Positions 26,818 through 39,665 of a stretch of DNA of 60,000 nt are shown piece by piece (the stretch's first letter is position 1; each line of letters starts with the position of its first letter). The stretch is from Schmidtea polychroa (lineage: Eukaryota), in NCBI GenBank assembly GCA_044892525.1, contig CM097885.1, forward strand, positions 15,068,001-15,128,000, in the 5' to 3' direction. The notes under the pieces were generated by a model, which saw only the letters and a program-made list of their open reading frames with translations, ran no database searches and was not told the DNA's origin. A program made the translations under genes and the position numbers.

Positions 26818-29095
26818 ATGACCCAACCAACAAGGAAGATGCTGACAAAATTTTTGCAATGTTGGAACGAGATTCTGACGTTGATTTGAGTGATGGAGAT
26901 GAAGAGGATAATTATAAAGAAATGTCAGGGTACCAAAGACATTCTGTTAGGATTGGAGCTCAACCAGTAGGTCCAAGTGTTAGATGATGAGGGTAGGCCC
27001 ATCACTACATTTACCCTAGATAAGTATTACAGAACAGGGCCAAACAAATATAGAGTTAATTTGTTCGCCGAGAAACGGAAATAGACAAAGCTTCACCATA
27101 TCTCGAATGCTTCAACATACCCGTCAATCCAATTCTCCAACAGTGCAATCCAATCCAATACAACCCGAAAAAACAATGATTTATTCTTATCCCTTGTGAT
27201 CCTATTAACAATGTATATATTTTTTATGTTTGACAATCATTATTTTATTGATTTTATTCATTTATTTTATATGTATTTATTCATGGGTTAATTATTTTTG
27301 TGAATATGTTAATAAATTTTATCAACAAACTTAACATTATAATAAAAAGGGGATTGAATAAAATTATTATATTATAAAAACATTAAATATTATTATAAAA
27401 ATATTAATTATTATTTAAAGTACAATGTAGATTATATATTTAATTATTAGAAAATTATTCCGTGCGTACAAGCCGGAAATTAATATATTTTAAATTTAAT
27501 ATAGATAATGACATCTGCTATAGGAATAGCAGGAGATAATAATTATAATAATTAAAAATGAATATTCCGTGCGTATATGCCGGAAATTAAAATATTTTAT
27601 TTTAACAGTATTAAAAAAAAGTATATATACCACAGCAAAATTCAGTCTATTCGCCCAAATTTTCTTAGGTTTTCCTGAATCTTAAAGAGGCAATCTCTGC
27701 GAGATTTAAAAATAAGACAGAACAGAACGTCTACCATATTTTGGTTACAATCAAACATAACACGCACGATATACATTATAACTATACATAACACGCATCG
27801 TTGAATAGCGAATTTTTGAGAAAGATCAAAAGATAAACTCTTGTAATTAAAAAGGTTAATTTTATTTGCTAATAAATTTTGTTCAAACACTGTGTTTTTT
27901 ATTAAATAAATATATAAGAACCAGCAAGTTGGCGTTTTAAAAAGTGAGACCTCAACACAAGTACACTAAATGAAGAACCAAGTGTTGAAGGTATATCTTT
28001 CGGTGTTACTGACAAAGATTATATAAAATGGAGAAAATATTTTGAGACTACAATGAAATCCTTTGAAAAAATGGATAAAATGGATTTTGTCGGTCCATTG
28101 AAGAATCCACTAGATTACTTTCAAAAGTACATACCCGATGAGATATTTGAAGATGCGACAAAATATACTAACATCTATGGTCTACAAAATAATGGTAATT
28201 TCAAAGAAATCAATATATCTGAAATGAAGACATTATTTGGATTACATATTATAATTGGAACTCTATAATTTCCCAGAAATCGATTATTTTGGGACAGGTC
28301 TTTGGGTATTTCCATATTTACAGAGAATATGACAAGGGACAGATTTTTTCAGCTGAGGACTAATTTTCATATAGTCAATAATTTGGAAATACGAACGGAT
28401 TTAACTGACCGATTATTCAAAATTAGTCCTATATTTTATTCTATTCGACAAAGATGCTTAGAGTTGGATCGTGAAAAAAACTTATCAATAGACGAACAAA
28501 TGGTCCCATTTCGTGGACATTTAAATATAAAACAATATATCAAAGGTAAACCAATTCCGTGGGGATTTTATCTTGTGCGGATCTACTGGCCAGATGTACG
28601 ATTTTGTAATTTATCAAGGATCCACTACAGAATTAAACGAGTATGGATCAGCTGCAACTGTTATCTTGCATTTATCAGAAACCATTCCGACAAGAGGCCA
28701 TAAATTATATTTTGATAATTATTTTTCGAATTATCATCTATTACAAGTGTTGAAACAGAAGAACATTTTTGCCACGGGAACAATACGAGTTAATAGGTTT
28801 TCTAATCTACCTTTATTATCTGACAAGAGTTTGAAAAAAATTGGTAGAGGCTCCACTGATGAAGTGGTTAGTTTGGATGAGGATGTGGTTGTAGTGAAGT
28901 GGATGGACATTAGGTCAGTTACACTTGCTTCCAATTTTGTTGGAAAAGGAAAAGTGGATGAATCCCAAAGGTGGGATAGAACACAAAAAAAATTCATAAA
29001 AATTGGCAGACCTCAAATTGTTAAGCTTTACAACGAGAATATGGGATGAGTGGACCTCCTAGACCAGATGATGACATTGTATATAATATTTATAG
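26818..29095 (+). pseudogene. piggyBac transposase pseudogene interrupted by a ~1-kb insertion (~26922-27910)
   Basis: Acidic N-terminus DSDVDLSDGDEED; PLDYF, MTRDRF, SIDEQMVPFRG, YIKGKPIPWG, LYFDNYFS, GTIRVNR, YNENMG*VDLLDQ. Confidence 0.85.
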
Positions 29096-29942
29096 GATAT
29101 ATAACAGTGTATCATCAATACATGTATAAATAAAATAAAAATACTTTCGTTGTATCAAATTCTAAAATTTATTAACAGGTTTTAAGATTACTACAAAATT
29201 TTTAAATTTTATTTATAAAAATTTCAGAAGCACAAAAATGTACTGAAAAATGCACATATTTCAAAATGCTGTACTCACGTACTGAATCTCGTAAAAATGT
29301 ACTGGATTCAGTACAATTGACCTGAAACGGTAGCACTGCCTGTTTTCTAGATATCAGAAAAGCGAGTTACCGCGTGCTTTAGACTTAAAAATACCGTGGT
29401 ACAAGTGCAACACTGGTACAAGAGCACATTGAAAATTAAAAGCAACAGCACTAACAGAATGATTAGAGATTGTTTGAGAATAATTTTATGAATTATTATA
29501 AATTAATAGCTTCATTAAGTTTTATTTTTAGTGTTATTAATGGTATTTGCAGCCGAAGTCTGACTTAGAGTATAAAGGTTAAAATTTGGAGCTTCAATAA
29601 TAATTTTAGTAAATATTAATGTTCGTATTATAAGTCAGGAGGAAGGCCTACTGGAATCTAAATGTCACAATCAATTGTCTTTTACAGATTAGTGATTTTT
29701 TTATTTTATATCAGCAAAATTATTAAAAAAATGCATGCAACCTATGTTAGTTCCAGAATGTTTTTGTACTATTTGCATGAAAGCAAGCAGTTCAAAAGAT
29801 AAGTATCAAAATAATGAATTAGAGAAGCTTTTTAAATAAGAAAAATGAAAGTTCGTTATAAAATTTACAAAATAAAAGGTACGCATCAAAATTTAGATTT
29901 TATTAAATTATATGATTTAACATATATAATCAAATATAATAA

Positions 29943-30297
29943 CAAGGTGACCCAAATGCCATTTTTTAATTTTTTAAAAAACATGATTTATGTTAATTTA
30001 CGTATCTCAATCATTATTAAAAATAAATTAACTTCTAATTAACATTCGAATATATCAAATTTCGAATATTATATCAAAAAATACAATATTTAATTTGTGA
30101 TTTTTATTTTTCAAGTAGAGTGATATGTCGAATTAACCAAAGAATATTTAATATTAAAACAGTAATGGCCATTTATCCGTAATGAATTTTTAACTCTATC
30201 ATTTAGTTAAAATTTAATTAAAATCATTAAATTTGCCATAAAATGCCAATTTGTCAAAAATACAGTGCCATTTTTATGCCAATTTTGGGTCACCTTA
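29943..30297. mobile_element. MITE with ~14-bp TIR and 7-8-bp TSD (hAT or P family)
   Basis: (C)AAGGTGACCCAAA...TTTGGGTCACCTT(A); ATAATAA(C) duplicated; empty-site paralogue near 33655-33728. Confidence 0.8.
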
Positions 30298-30823
30298 ATA
30301 ATAACCATAATAATATTAAACCATTTTACTACGGTTCCACTGAACATGATTTACCGAGGTCTCTAATTCGTGTATATTTAAATAATACTCTGTTTATGTT
30401 TTAAATAGGAGTAAAATGTATACTGAAATATCATTTTATAAGTGTAGTTTCATCGTTCTTTCATTTGTGCTCAAAAATTTCGATTAATGTAAAGATGTTT
30501 ACCATACTAAAACAATTAATAAATTTGTTTATACTACGGTCATTAAACGAAAATTCGATTATCTGTTTTGAAAACGATAATCGATAATACTGTGTCTAGT
30601 TAAATCTCTAAGTAGAAAGTAAACAATTTGGTGTTGACACTGTCTTGCGTGTATAGATGTTACGATATATAACAATGATAACACATAAAGTAGCTTGCAT
30701 TATAATATAATATGTTTCTATGAAGGTCAATAAGAAACGATAATCGGTTTAAAATCAGATTTCTACAACCGATAATCGGTTTGCCAAAAATCGATATTAA
30801 CAACCCTAATTTATACATATTAC

Positions 30824-31356
30824 GGTGACCCGATAAAACCGCGCCGACAAAATCGCGAAGTATGTTTTCCGACAAAATCGCGTTGACAAAATGGCGCCGA
30901 CAAAATCGCGCTGTTTTGTATATCTTGTGGAATAAAACTCAAAGCAATTAGCATCTTACAATTCCGTCGTGAACAAGACTTTACTGAACAAACTGTAAGT
31001 CGTATACGAAGTGGAATTATTAGTAGTCAGGCGGCCAGTAAATCTAAATACGTTAGATTAACAAGACGTTTATCTGCTATCCTTCCTACATACGGAGAAC
31101 GTGATCTTAAAGAGTATCTGCGTGCTATCTCACATAATATTGAGCTCTAAATAAATGTTAGTCCTATAATTAAATTTGTTATCTATATTTATTAAAATTT
31201 TAAACGTTTAAAATATAAATGTAAAAAACACAACACAAGATTTTAATTAATTGATATTGTATTTTTTATCGCGATTTTGTCGGCGCCATTTTGTCAACGC
31301 GATTTTGTCGGAAAACATACTTCGCGATTTTGTCGGCGCGGTTTTGTCGGTGAACC
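30824..31356 (+). mobile_element. Non-autonomous MULE/Mutator derivative, 533 bp
   Basis: ~89-bp TIRs built of GACAAAATCGCG repeats; 9-bp TSD ACATATTAC; internal transposase C-terminus ...LKEYLRAISHNIEL*. Confidence 0.9.
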
Positions 31357-34300
31357 ACATATTACTATTGGAATGTAATCTTTTATTACTAAATATTATT
31401 TATCTATGCTACTTTATTTGAAATTATTTATATTTTTAGAAAAAATGTACAATTTATCAGGACAGCAATGACATTGGAATAGAAATATTTTTAGAGCCAT
31501 GACCATAACAGAACTCGTAAAAATAATAGAGAAGAAAGATGTAGAGAATATATTACATCTCACAAATATGGCAGAACAATGAAAATATTGGTGATAAATC
31601 ATATCAATGGATGTCACCTAGAGCTGAAGTAATTGCAACATTTCAGGCTAAATTAGAAACTGCGTATTTAGGAGAGATGAACGAAAATGAACATCTAAAC
31701 AAGTAGATTAGAAACATCGTTAAACAATAACAAATTATACAATTTGATACACTAGCTTGTACTAAATTATTTTTGATAATGAAGTAACTGAGTTTAGAAA
31801 AGCTATATTCGTTAAAAGTGCAAGATTTAACCAATATATAACCATAGTAGTAATGGGAAGCGAGACTGTAAACGCCCATATAGGCATGGCGGAGAATATT
31901 TTGTAGTTAACCAAGTATGAGTCATAATTACAGTAACTTAATTTTAACCAGTCGTCATTTTTTAGACAAACATTATTTTTCGATTGCCCTCCTACATACT
32001 TTGTATTACTTTTATTTCAAAGATATTTTTAAACATTAATTTTCAGAATCATTTTAAACACATGCTTTTGATGAGGCAGTTAAAGATATTTTGTCGAAAA
32101 TATTATTAAAATTTATAACGAGATAAATGAGGATGGTCAGGAAAGCAATACTAAGTTTTGCTCAAATAAAAATATTAATGTTCTTAAAAGTAAAACAATC
32201 TGAAATAAAAAGAAAGTAGCAGCAATATTCAAAGAAACATTAAAAAACAAAGATGAAAGCGTTGTTAGGAAAGAATAAAATAAGTAGCGTGAATTTGGAG
32301 ATGGAGAACTAATGATTAAAGTTTTAATAAAAAAATTATGAAGTATGCAATTAGGAGGAATAACTTCTCCATCTGACTATGTGTGCAAGGCTGTAGTGGT
32401 TTCTGAGTCAGGCACACAGACGCGAGGAATGGTTGAAATATAATTTTAATGTGTAATTTTATTAATTAATTTGTTTTTTAGATTTGGAGTTTTCTTTGTT
32501 CGATTCATTTTAGGTTTAAATAATAGTCTTTTAAATATTCTTTCAAAACGCCTCTCATAATATCAGCATTTCCCAACAACAGGCAAAGCCAAATTTCTTG
32601 ATTAAAAAACTTAGAAAAAGTTAAAGCTTAAAGAAAACTGCTGGAATATCCAAATTCAGAATAAGAGTATAACCTAGTAACATACTATTCAGCCTTTACA
32701 ATAGTTGCAAAACTGTACTAAGACAACGAATTCGTTAAACAACCGATTGGTATTTACAAAAAAAATGAATTACGGAGTCATTATGATAAGATGATTAATG
32801 GTAGATAGGAAATATATATTATATTTAATGATTATTTTTTTAGATGATAACCGGTAGATTTGCAAAAGAAATTGTATGAGACGGCTCCATCTTAAACAAA
32901 TTAAGAAGTAATAACAGCATACAAAAGAAGCCAAATCAAAAACTCGGCTTTTGAATTAGAAAGTGAAAGAAAAAAATGAGAATCGGTTAATAGGAATAGT
33001 TTAATTATTGGGAAAAATTAGTAAGAAAATTTAACAGGAAAATTTAAATTGAATCAAGAGAAATGTTTTACTATTTTTGTGCAGAGTTCTGATGTTATAT
33101 TAAACAGTGTTAAAATGATTTCATTGGTAAAGAAATTAACTGTCATATCATTTTATTTCAAAATACGTTGGGTGGTTTTGTTATTCACTTCCCTAATATA
33201 AGAACACGAGTTAAAAAGTTAACAGTTTACTTTTAATGATTATTAATTAAGTACCCAACATTAGTAATATCATTTATGTTAATTAAAAGAATTAAATATT
33301 TAACTAATCCAAAATGAGTAGTAGGTTATCGGTGAAACAATAGATAATATTGATATTAGATTATTTAAAATTTATTGGAGCTTAATAGATACGCATAATC
33401 TCCATTAGCCTTCCGTTGGAATGCATTGTTTTGTCGAAAGCATATCACGACATTTTAAAGAAAATTATTGTCGCAATAGAAAAATAACTAAAAGATAAAA
33501 AAAATTAAACACTTATCAAATAGAAAATTGACTGATGAATAGATTCAATCTTTGTACAATCAATATAATGAGGTTATTATTAATTACTCAATTAATATAG
33601 CTAGTACATATAGAGATCGGATCACTGATCAATGGGAAAATATTCTTTAGATAAATAGATTTTATTAAAATATGTGATACAATCAAATATAATAACCATA
33701 ATAATATTAAACCCTTTTACTACTGTTCGAAATTTCAAAAAATTGTTTGGTAACAAAAAAGAAACATGTAAGTGATTCTATGACAATTTGAGGATGTTTT
33801 AGAAGGGAAAAGGTCGAGATTTTGCACAAAATAGAAGAATAATAAAAGAAATTTATAAATGTATTTTGAAAATCTAAGTAATACCACCTGAAAAGAAATT
33901 ATTTTGCACAAATTGTTCTAATTTGCAATAAAGATATAATTGAAATCTATAAAAATGATATGCGAGTATTAGAACAACAAGATTTTCAAATTTGTAGTTA
34001 CTTATGATGTGATTTGGAGCACCAAATAAATTTAAAGAGCGAAATGAAAAAATAAAAAAAAATAATTTGAATCAAATTTGTCCAACATGAAATTGAAGCG
34101 GTAGTGACTAATTTATTTTTCAAATAAACATACAAAATATTTGGAATTGAGGAACGGTGTCGAACTTTTCTTTTGTAAAATGGGTTATAGACTGAACAAG
34201 ATTGGGAACTCTTCTATGCAAAGTTATGGAATAGCTAATAATTTCCTTATTTCAACACAGTAGAATTATTATGAAAAGAACTGGATAGAGGAGTTAGACA

Positions 34301-34871
34301 ACAACAAAAAAATTTCCCTCGAGAAATCTTTTGCGTCATTTTAAATGCAATAAGGGACGTCCGATACACTACGTTAATTATGAAAATGAATGCTTAAATC
34401 TGTGAAGCCATTATAAAAAAATTATGGTGCTATCTCAATGAATCAAAAATATAAACAAAATATAATTATTTCAAATGTTTTAAAAATATTTGTATTTTTT
34501 TTATCTGTTGAAAATTGTATTAATGCTTATTTGAAAAATTTGCGACATTTCTCAAATTTCCCATCGGTTGTATTTATATAAAAGAAAACGCCAAATAATT
34601 GAAATATTTTTTGAAGGAATAATTCTCATCATTCGTATACCATTTTAATTGTTGTCAAATACTATATAAGGAAACCAATAATAATGCAATTTCTATGATT
34701 TAATAAATAAATTAAGTACTCTCAATATATTCGTTGTTAATTGATTATATAAGATTATGATTAATCAATATATTAGGGTCAGAGACCATTAGGAATATTT
34801 CGTATAGGCTGAACAATTATGAAATAGGTCGAATAAAAATAGCTATTTAGAAATATAAATATAAATTATAC

Positions 34872-37446
34872 CAGGGATGGCAATTACATGGCACGCGTGC
34901 CAAACTTGGCACGCAGACAAAAAACTTCTGGCACTCTAAGAAATTTAAAAAAAGAAGTAGAAAAAATTCTTATTATAAAATAATTACTGCTTTTTAAAAA
35001 AAAATTTGGACCCAAAATTTTAATCAACGGCTTTGAATTGAATTCTATATTTTTTTCTCTAGTTGGCTTTGCGTTATTAAATAACGCAATTAATTATTAA
35101 ATTTAGTTTATTTTGGCACTTTGATAAAAACCTATTTGTCAAAATAACGGTTATTTTGTACATACGTATATGGTTGTGTTATAATTCTTGTATATTCTTA
35201 CATCAGTTTTTAGTTTTGTTTTAACTTGTGCAGTTCAATAAAATTTGTGTTTAATTTTAAATAAAATTTATTTTTTGCTGAATTAAAATGGTACCAAAAA
35301 AACCAAAACTACAAGATATTCGTAGCTTTGTACTCTCTTGGACTGCTGATTACGGTTTTGTTAAACATGGAGATAAAAGTCTGTGCTCTGAAATTATTGT
35401 ATGTCGAACGTCTTCTATTAAGCGACATTTTGAAACCAACCATAAAGAAATTGCCGAAAAAAATATTGAAGAAAGAAAAGAACTAATTTCTCAACGATTA
35501 AAGATAGCTGAAAATCAATCGAATTCATTATCAAAATTTGTAAAAACCAACAGCAATGTTACAGAAGCTAGTTTTGAAATTTCTTATTTGATTGCTAAGC
35601 AATCAAAACCATTTTCTGATGGAGAGTTTGTAAAAACGGTTATGTTAAAAGCGGCCGAAAGTTTGTTTCAAGATTTTAATAATAAAGAAAAGATTATTCA
35701 AAGAATTCGAGAAGTCCAGCTAAGCCGAAATTCAGTTAAAGATAGAATTTTAAAAATAAGTGCGAATATTTCTGATCAACTTTACAACGATGTTAATAGC
35801 TGTGACTACATTTCAATTTGCCTCGATGAATCAACAGATATTAAGTCATCTGCCCGATTAGCAATCATTGCACGTTATCCGAAAGATAATGAAATGCACG
35901 AAGAACTTTTAAAATTAGCAAATATCCCAGAAAGAACAAGAGGTAGTGATATTTGTGAAGTTGTATTCAATGAATTAAACAAACAAAAAATAAATATTAA
36001 AAAAATCATTTCTGTAACGACAGATGGAGCTCCTAATATGACTGGACCAGAGATAGGTTTTGTTAATTTATTTCAAAACCTAGTTGGTCATTCAATAATA
36101 GGCTTTCATTGCATTATTCATCAGCAAGTTCTTTGTGCAAAATTCGGAACTAGCGATTTCAAAGAAATATCAGAACAAGTTAATAAAATCATAAATTTTG
36201 TAGTTGCACGCGACATGGATAAAAGACAATTTAAAAAACTTTTAAATGATATGGATTGCGAATACGATACTCTCTTAATGTGCAATAGTGTACGTTGGCT
36301 AAGTCGAGCGACATCCTTAGAACGATTTGTGAATTGCTTGGAAGAAATTCGACTTTTTTTACACGAATTCGACAGGGATCGTTTTAAAGAATTATATGAT
36401 ACAGAATGGTTAACAAAATTAATGTTTTTTACCGACGTAACATTACATTTAAACGTTCTTAATAAAAAATTGCAAGGACGAGGAAAAACAATTGAAGTTA
36501 TGTTTGGATTGATAAAGGGGTTTGAAATTAAATTAGATATTTTTGCTAGAGATATCGCATCTGGAAAACATAATAATTTTCCGAAACTTAAAAGTTTTTT
36601 AAATGAATCTACAATTTTCAAAAAAACTAATTGGAATTTTAATTACGAATTTTCTAAAGTTCTTGAAACTATAAAAGAACAATTTTCAAATCGATTTAAA
36701 GATTTTAAAAGAATTGATAGGCTGTTGAAAATTGTAAATTATCCGGACTTATTCGATATACAGGATTTCGATAACAACCTTATTAATTGGATGAAATTAG
36801 AAAATTTAGAAATGCAGACAGTAGATTTGCAATCTAATCCTATTTGGACACAAAAATTTGTGAATATGCGAAAAAATATAGAAGAATTGGAATATCATCG
36901 ATTGTCACAGGATGGAGAGTCGGAATGCCGCATTGAAAACTTGATATTGGAAGTGTGGAATAGTATGCCAGAAGCATTTGCTTCTGTAAAAAAATTAGCA
37001 ATCGCAATGTTAACCATTTTCGCATCCACTTATTACTGTGAGAGTCTTTTTTCTGTACTTAATCATGTACTATCAAAGACAAGAAACAGATTAACAGAAG
37101 AAGACTCAGCAGTTTGTATTACCTTACAATCGACAACATACCATCCTGATATTAAAAACCTTGCAAGTAATATGAAGCAAAAAACTTCTAACAAAATTTA
37201 AGAATTTTTTATTAAATTTATTATTAAACTTTATAATTTTTTTTACTATTTCTTTATATTGAATAAATATTATCACATGAACTCAAATATTGAAATTTAT
37301 TTCTGTTTTCTTGTGAATAAAAAAATGAATAAAAAATGTATATATAGGTACATATAACAAATAAAAGTTACGAGGGCACGCGAAAAAAATTGAATTTAAA
37401 TTTAGTTTATTTTGGCACTTTGATAAAAACCTATTTGCCATCCCTG
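34872..37446 (+). mobile_element. hAT Buster-group transposon
   Basis: TIR CAGGGATGGCAA / TTGCCATCCCTG; GGCACGCGTGCC subterminal motif; flanks do not match each other. Confidence 0.92.
35288..37201 (+). CDS. hAT Buster-like transposase (GTF2IRD2/ZBED8-like), 637 aa, open frame
   Basis: CLDESTD, TTDGAPNM, FHCIIHQ, VRWLS, STYYCESLFS, RNRL. Confidence 0.92.
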   Translation: MVPKKPKLQDIRSFVLSWTADYGFVKHGDKSLCSEIIVCRTSSIKRHFETNHKEIAEKNIEERKELISQRLKIAENQSNSLSKFVKTNSNVTEASFEISYLIAKQSKPFSDGEFVKTVMLKAAESLFQDFNNKEKIIQRIREVQLSRNSVKDRILKISANISDQLYNDVNSCDYISICLDESTDIKSSARLAIIARYPKDNEMHEELLKLANIPERTRGSDICEVVFNELNKQKINIKKIISVTTDGAPNMTGPEIGFVNLFQNLVGHSIIGFHCIIHQQVLCAKFGTSDFKEISEQVNKIINFVVARDMDKRQFKKLLNDMDCEYDTLLMCNSVRWLSRATSLERFVNCLEEIRLFLHEFDRDRFKELYDTEWLTKLMFFTDVTLHLNVLNKKLQGRGKTIEVMFGLIKGFEIKLDIFARDIASGKHNNFPKLKSFLNESTIFKKTNWNFNYEFSKVLETIKEQFSNRFKDFKRIDRLLKIVNYPDLFDIQDFDNNLINWMKLENLEMQTVDLQSNPIWTQKFVNMRKNIEELEYHRLSQDGESECRIENLILEVWNSMPEAFASVKKLAIAMLTIFASTYYCESLFSVLNHVLSKTRNRLTEEDSAVCITLQSTTYHPDIKNLASNMKQKTSNKI

Positions 37447-37909
37447 GTCTAAATCATTCAGTTTTGAGGTTAATTTAAAAATTATAAAAAAAAGAGACAT
37501 ATTCTCAAATTTATATATATATATATATATACCCAATTTTCCAGACTTTAATTCTAATTTATGAATCTTTTATCGATTTTCCACAATGCACATTTTTGTG
37601 CTTTTCCCATGTACCTTCTCGAGTCTTTCTATCCATTTTATTTTTCTGCATTGTCAATTCTGTTTTCTTGCCCACTTATATATCTATGCATACTTTCCTT
37701 CATGTATGTGTTTATTTATTTGTGGCGTTTTTTCCAATTTTATTTATAATTGTATTAATACATATTTTTCGAATTAATTATTTACAGCAATTGAATAATG
37801 CTCATTTAATCTGGAACTTAATCAGAAAATTTCGAATTCCATAATATGAATCGATCAAAATAAGATCACAAAAATTTCTCCGTGCTGGACTAACATTATT
37901 GGTCTAAAG

Positions 37910-38625
37910 CAGGGGTGTCCAACACGTGGCCCGCAACGTTATTCCAAAAATATTTGTCACTCCATGTTTTTCGTTAATTTTTAATCATTACAAACGGTGA
38001 TATAAGGCGCTGTGATGTACTTTACGCGCTCGTAAAGCGTGAAGGTGTCCGAATGGCTATTTTCGCATGAAGGTAAAAAATCGATTTATTTTGCTAGCCT
38101 TCATGTGGAAATTTTAGTGTAAAGGGGTAATATATTTGTGCTACAGCGGCGCCATTACGATAATACTAATACTAAGATATTGCGGTTATAAAATATAAAT
38201 TAATCAATTTTTAACTGATATTTTTTTTATTTCACAGAGAAAAAGGGCGGTGAATATGAATACTAGCAAAAAACGAAAAATTGACGCAGAAGGAAGACTT
38301 TTCAAAGCATCTTGAACTGTAGACTATTTTATAATGGAACGCTTCGGTAGGATATTGCGCTTAACATACCAAGAAACAATTGCCGTTGCAAAGGAGTACA
38401 ATATTAAGCGACATTTTTCAGCAAAGCATGGCGAATTGGTACAACAGCCTGATCGCTTGATCGCGTGAACTCGTTGAAACAGAGCGTTTTCGGACAACAG
38501 TCATTGTTTACAGCAGTCAACAACAAGTTTGATGCTTCAACCAAAGAAAGGTTTTTAATAGCTGAAGCAATAGCTAAGCGGGGGAAAGCATTTTCCGATG
38601 GTGAATTTGTTAAGGAATGCTAAGG
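37910..38625 (+). mobile_element. 5' fragment of a SPIN/Buster-like hAT
   Basis: CAGGGGTGTCCAAC..GGCCCGC left end; MNTSKKRKIDAEGRLF...KEYNIKRHF..KH...GKAFSDGEFVKEC with stops. Confidence 0.8.
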
Positions 38626-39244
38626 AAATTAAATTATTGATGTCATATGATAACCTGGCAGGCGTACATCCAGGGGAGAACGTCGCTGAGCTCCACCAAA
38701 CACCATAATAATCAATAAATTTATAGTGAACTTTGACAAACGTTAATGAGTGAAATTATCTAAATTATTAACTGGAAGCGATTATCTACAAAAGAGCTTA
38801 GTAAGTCCTCGTGATAATAAGATCTGATAAGCAGCGGCGTTGATTGTGTAAAATAAGCAGAATTTAACCCCATTTCTATCCAAAAGAAATAGTTTTTCTC
38901 GTGTATTAATTTAAAATATTATCATATATTAGTTAATTGGAAAGCAAAGATGGAGAACAGTAACATGGCAAAAATAAACTCTTGTTGTTTGTTTTCAAAA
39001 TCATGAGCAAGATGATTTAGAATGGTGTAAAATGGAAGATATTTTAGGTATAAGATTGGTAAATTTATTAAGGAAACCAAATGATTTAATCGTGAGAGAC
39101 AAAAATTTAGAGGGTATTGCCAAAATAGAGTTGCTTGATCATTTAACGCGTAATTGTAACTATATTACTCTAAATAAGGTGAATAATTTCAAATTAATAA
39201 ATTTCCCCAAGATAATATTTTTCAAACATCATTTCAAAAATTAC

Positions 39245-39532
39245 TTTATCACATTTATCTATTTTTAAATTGAAATCTCGTTTCAAATCTTCAATCTGTT
39301 TCGACTGTTTCGTATTTATATCTTGCAAACAAGAAATTTTCTTTGCTTGACTTTGGATTTCATACTTTAACATTTCGGTTTCATTGTAATACTTTTCACT
39401 AATTTCTTTCAGGTTAGAAATTGTATTAACTTGAATATCCATTTTCGACTTTAATGATTTGAGTTGTTTGTTCTGTGTAGACACAAGAGCGTTTAAATTT
39501 GAATATTCTTCAAATATATTGTCAATATATTC
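39245..39532 (-). CDS. Coiled-coil exon (predicted exon 2 of the TRAF-like gene)
   Basis: Acceptor AATTATAG|GAA, donor AAA|GTAATT, both phase 0; heptad-rich EYIDNIF...KIDKCDK. Confidence 0.65.
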
Positions 39533-39575
39533 CTATAATTGGTAAATTTAAGTTATATATAAGAAAATTTTTTAC

Positions 39576-39665
39576 TTTTATACTTTGATTTTCTGTTAAC
39601 ATAGAATTCAAAACTACACTGGCATTTGCAATGTCTTCGATTTGACTATCTACAACAACATCCAT
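39576..39665 (-). CDS. Predicted first exon of the TRAF-like gene
   Basis: ATG at 39665, MDVVVDSQIEDIANASVVLNSMLTENQSIK, donor AAA|GTAAAA, 43-nt intron keeps the frame. Confidence 0.6.

Noticed and set aside
29200..29340. Possible hAT end (…GGTAGCACTG with TGTACTG repeats); similar lone end at 30730-30808
   Set aside because: No partner TIR or TSD found, so boundaries cannot be supported
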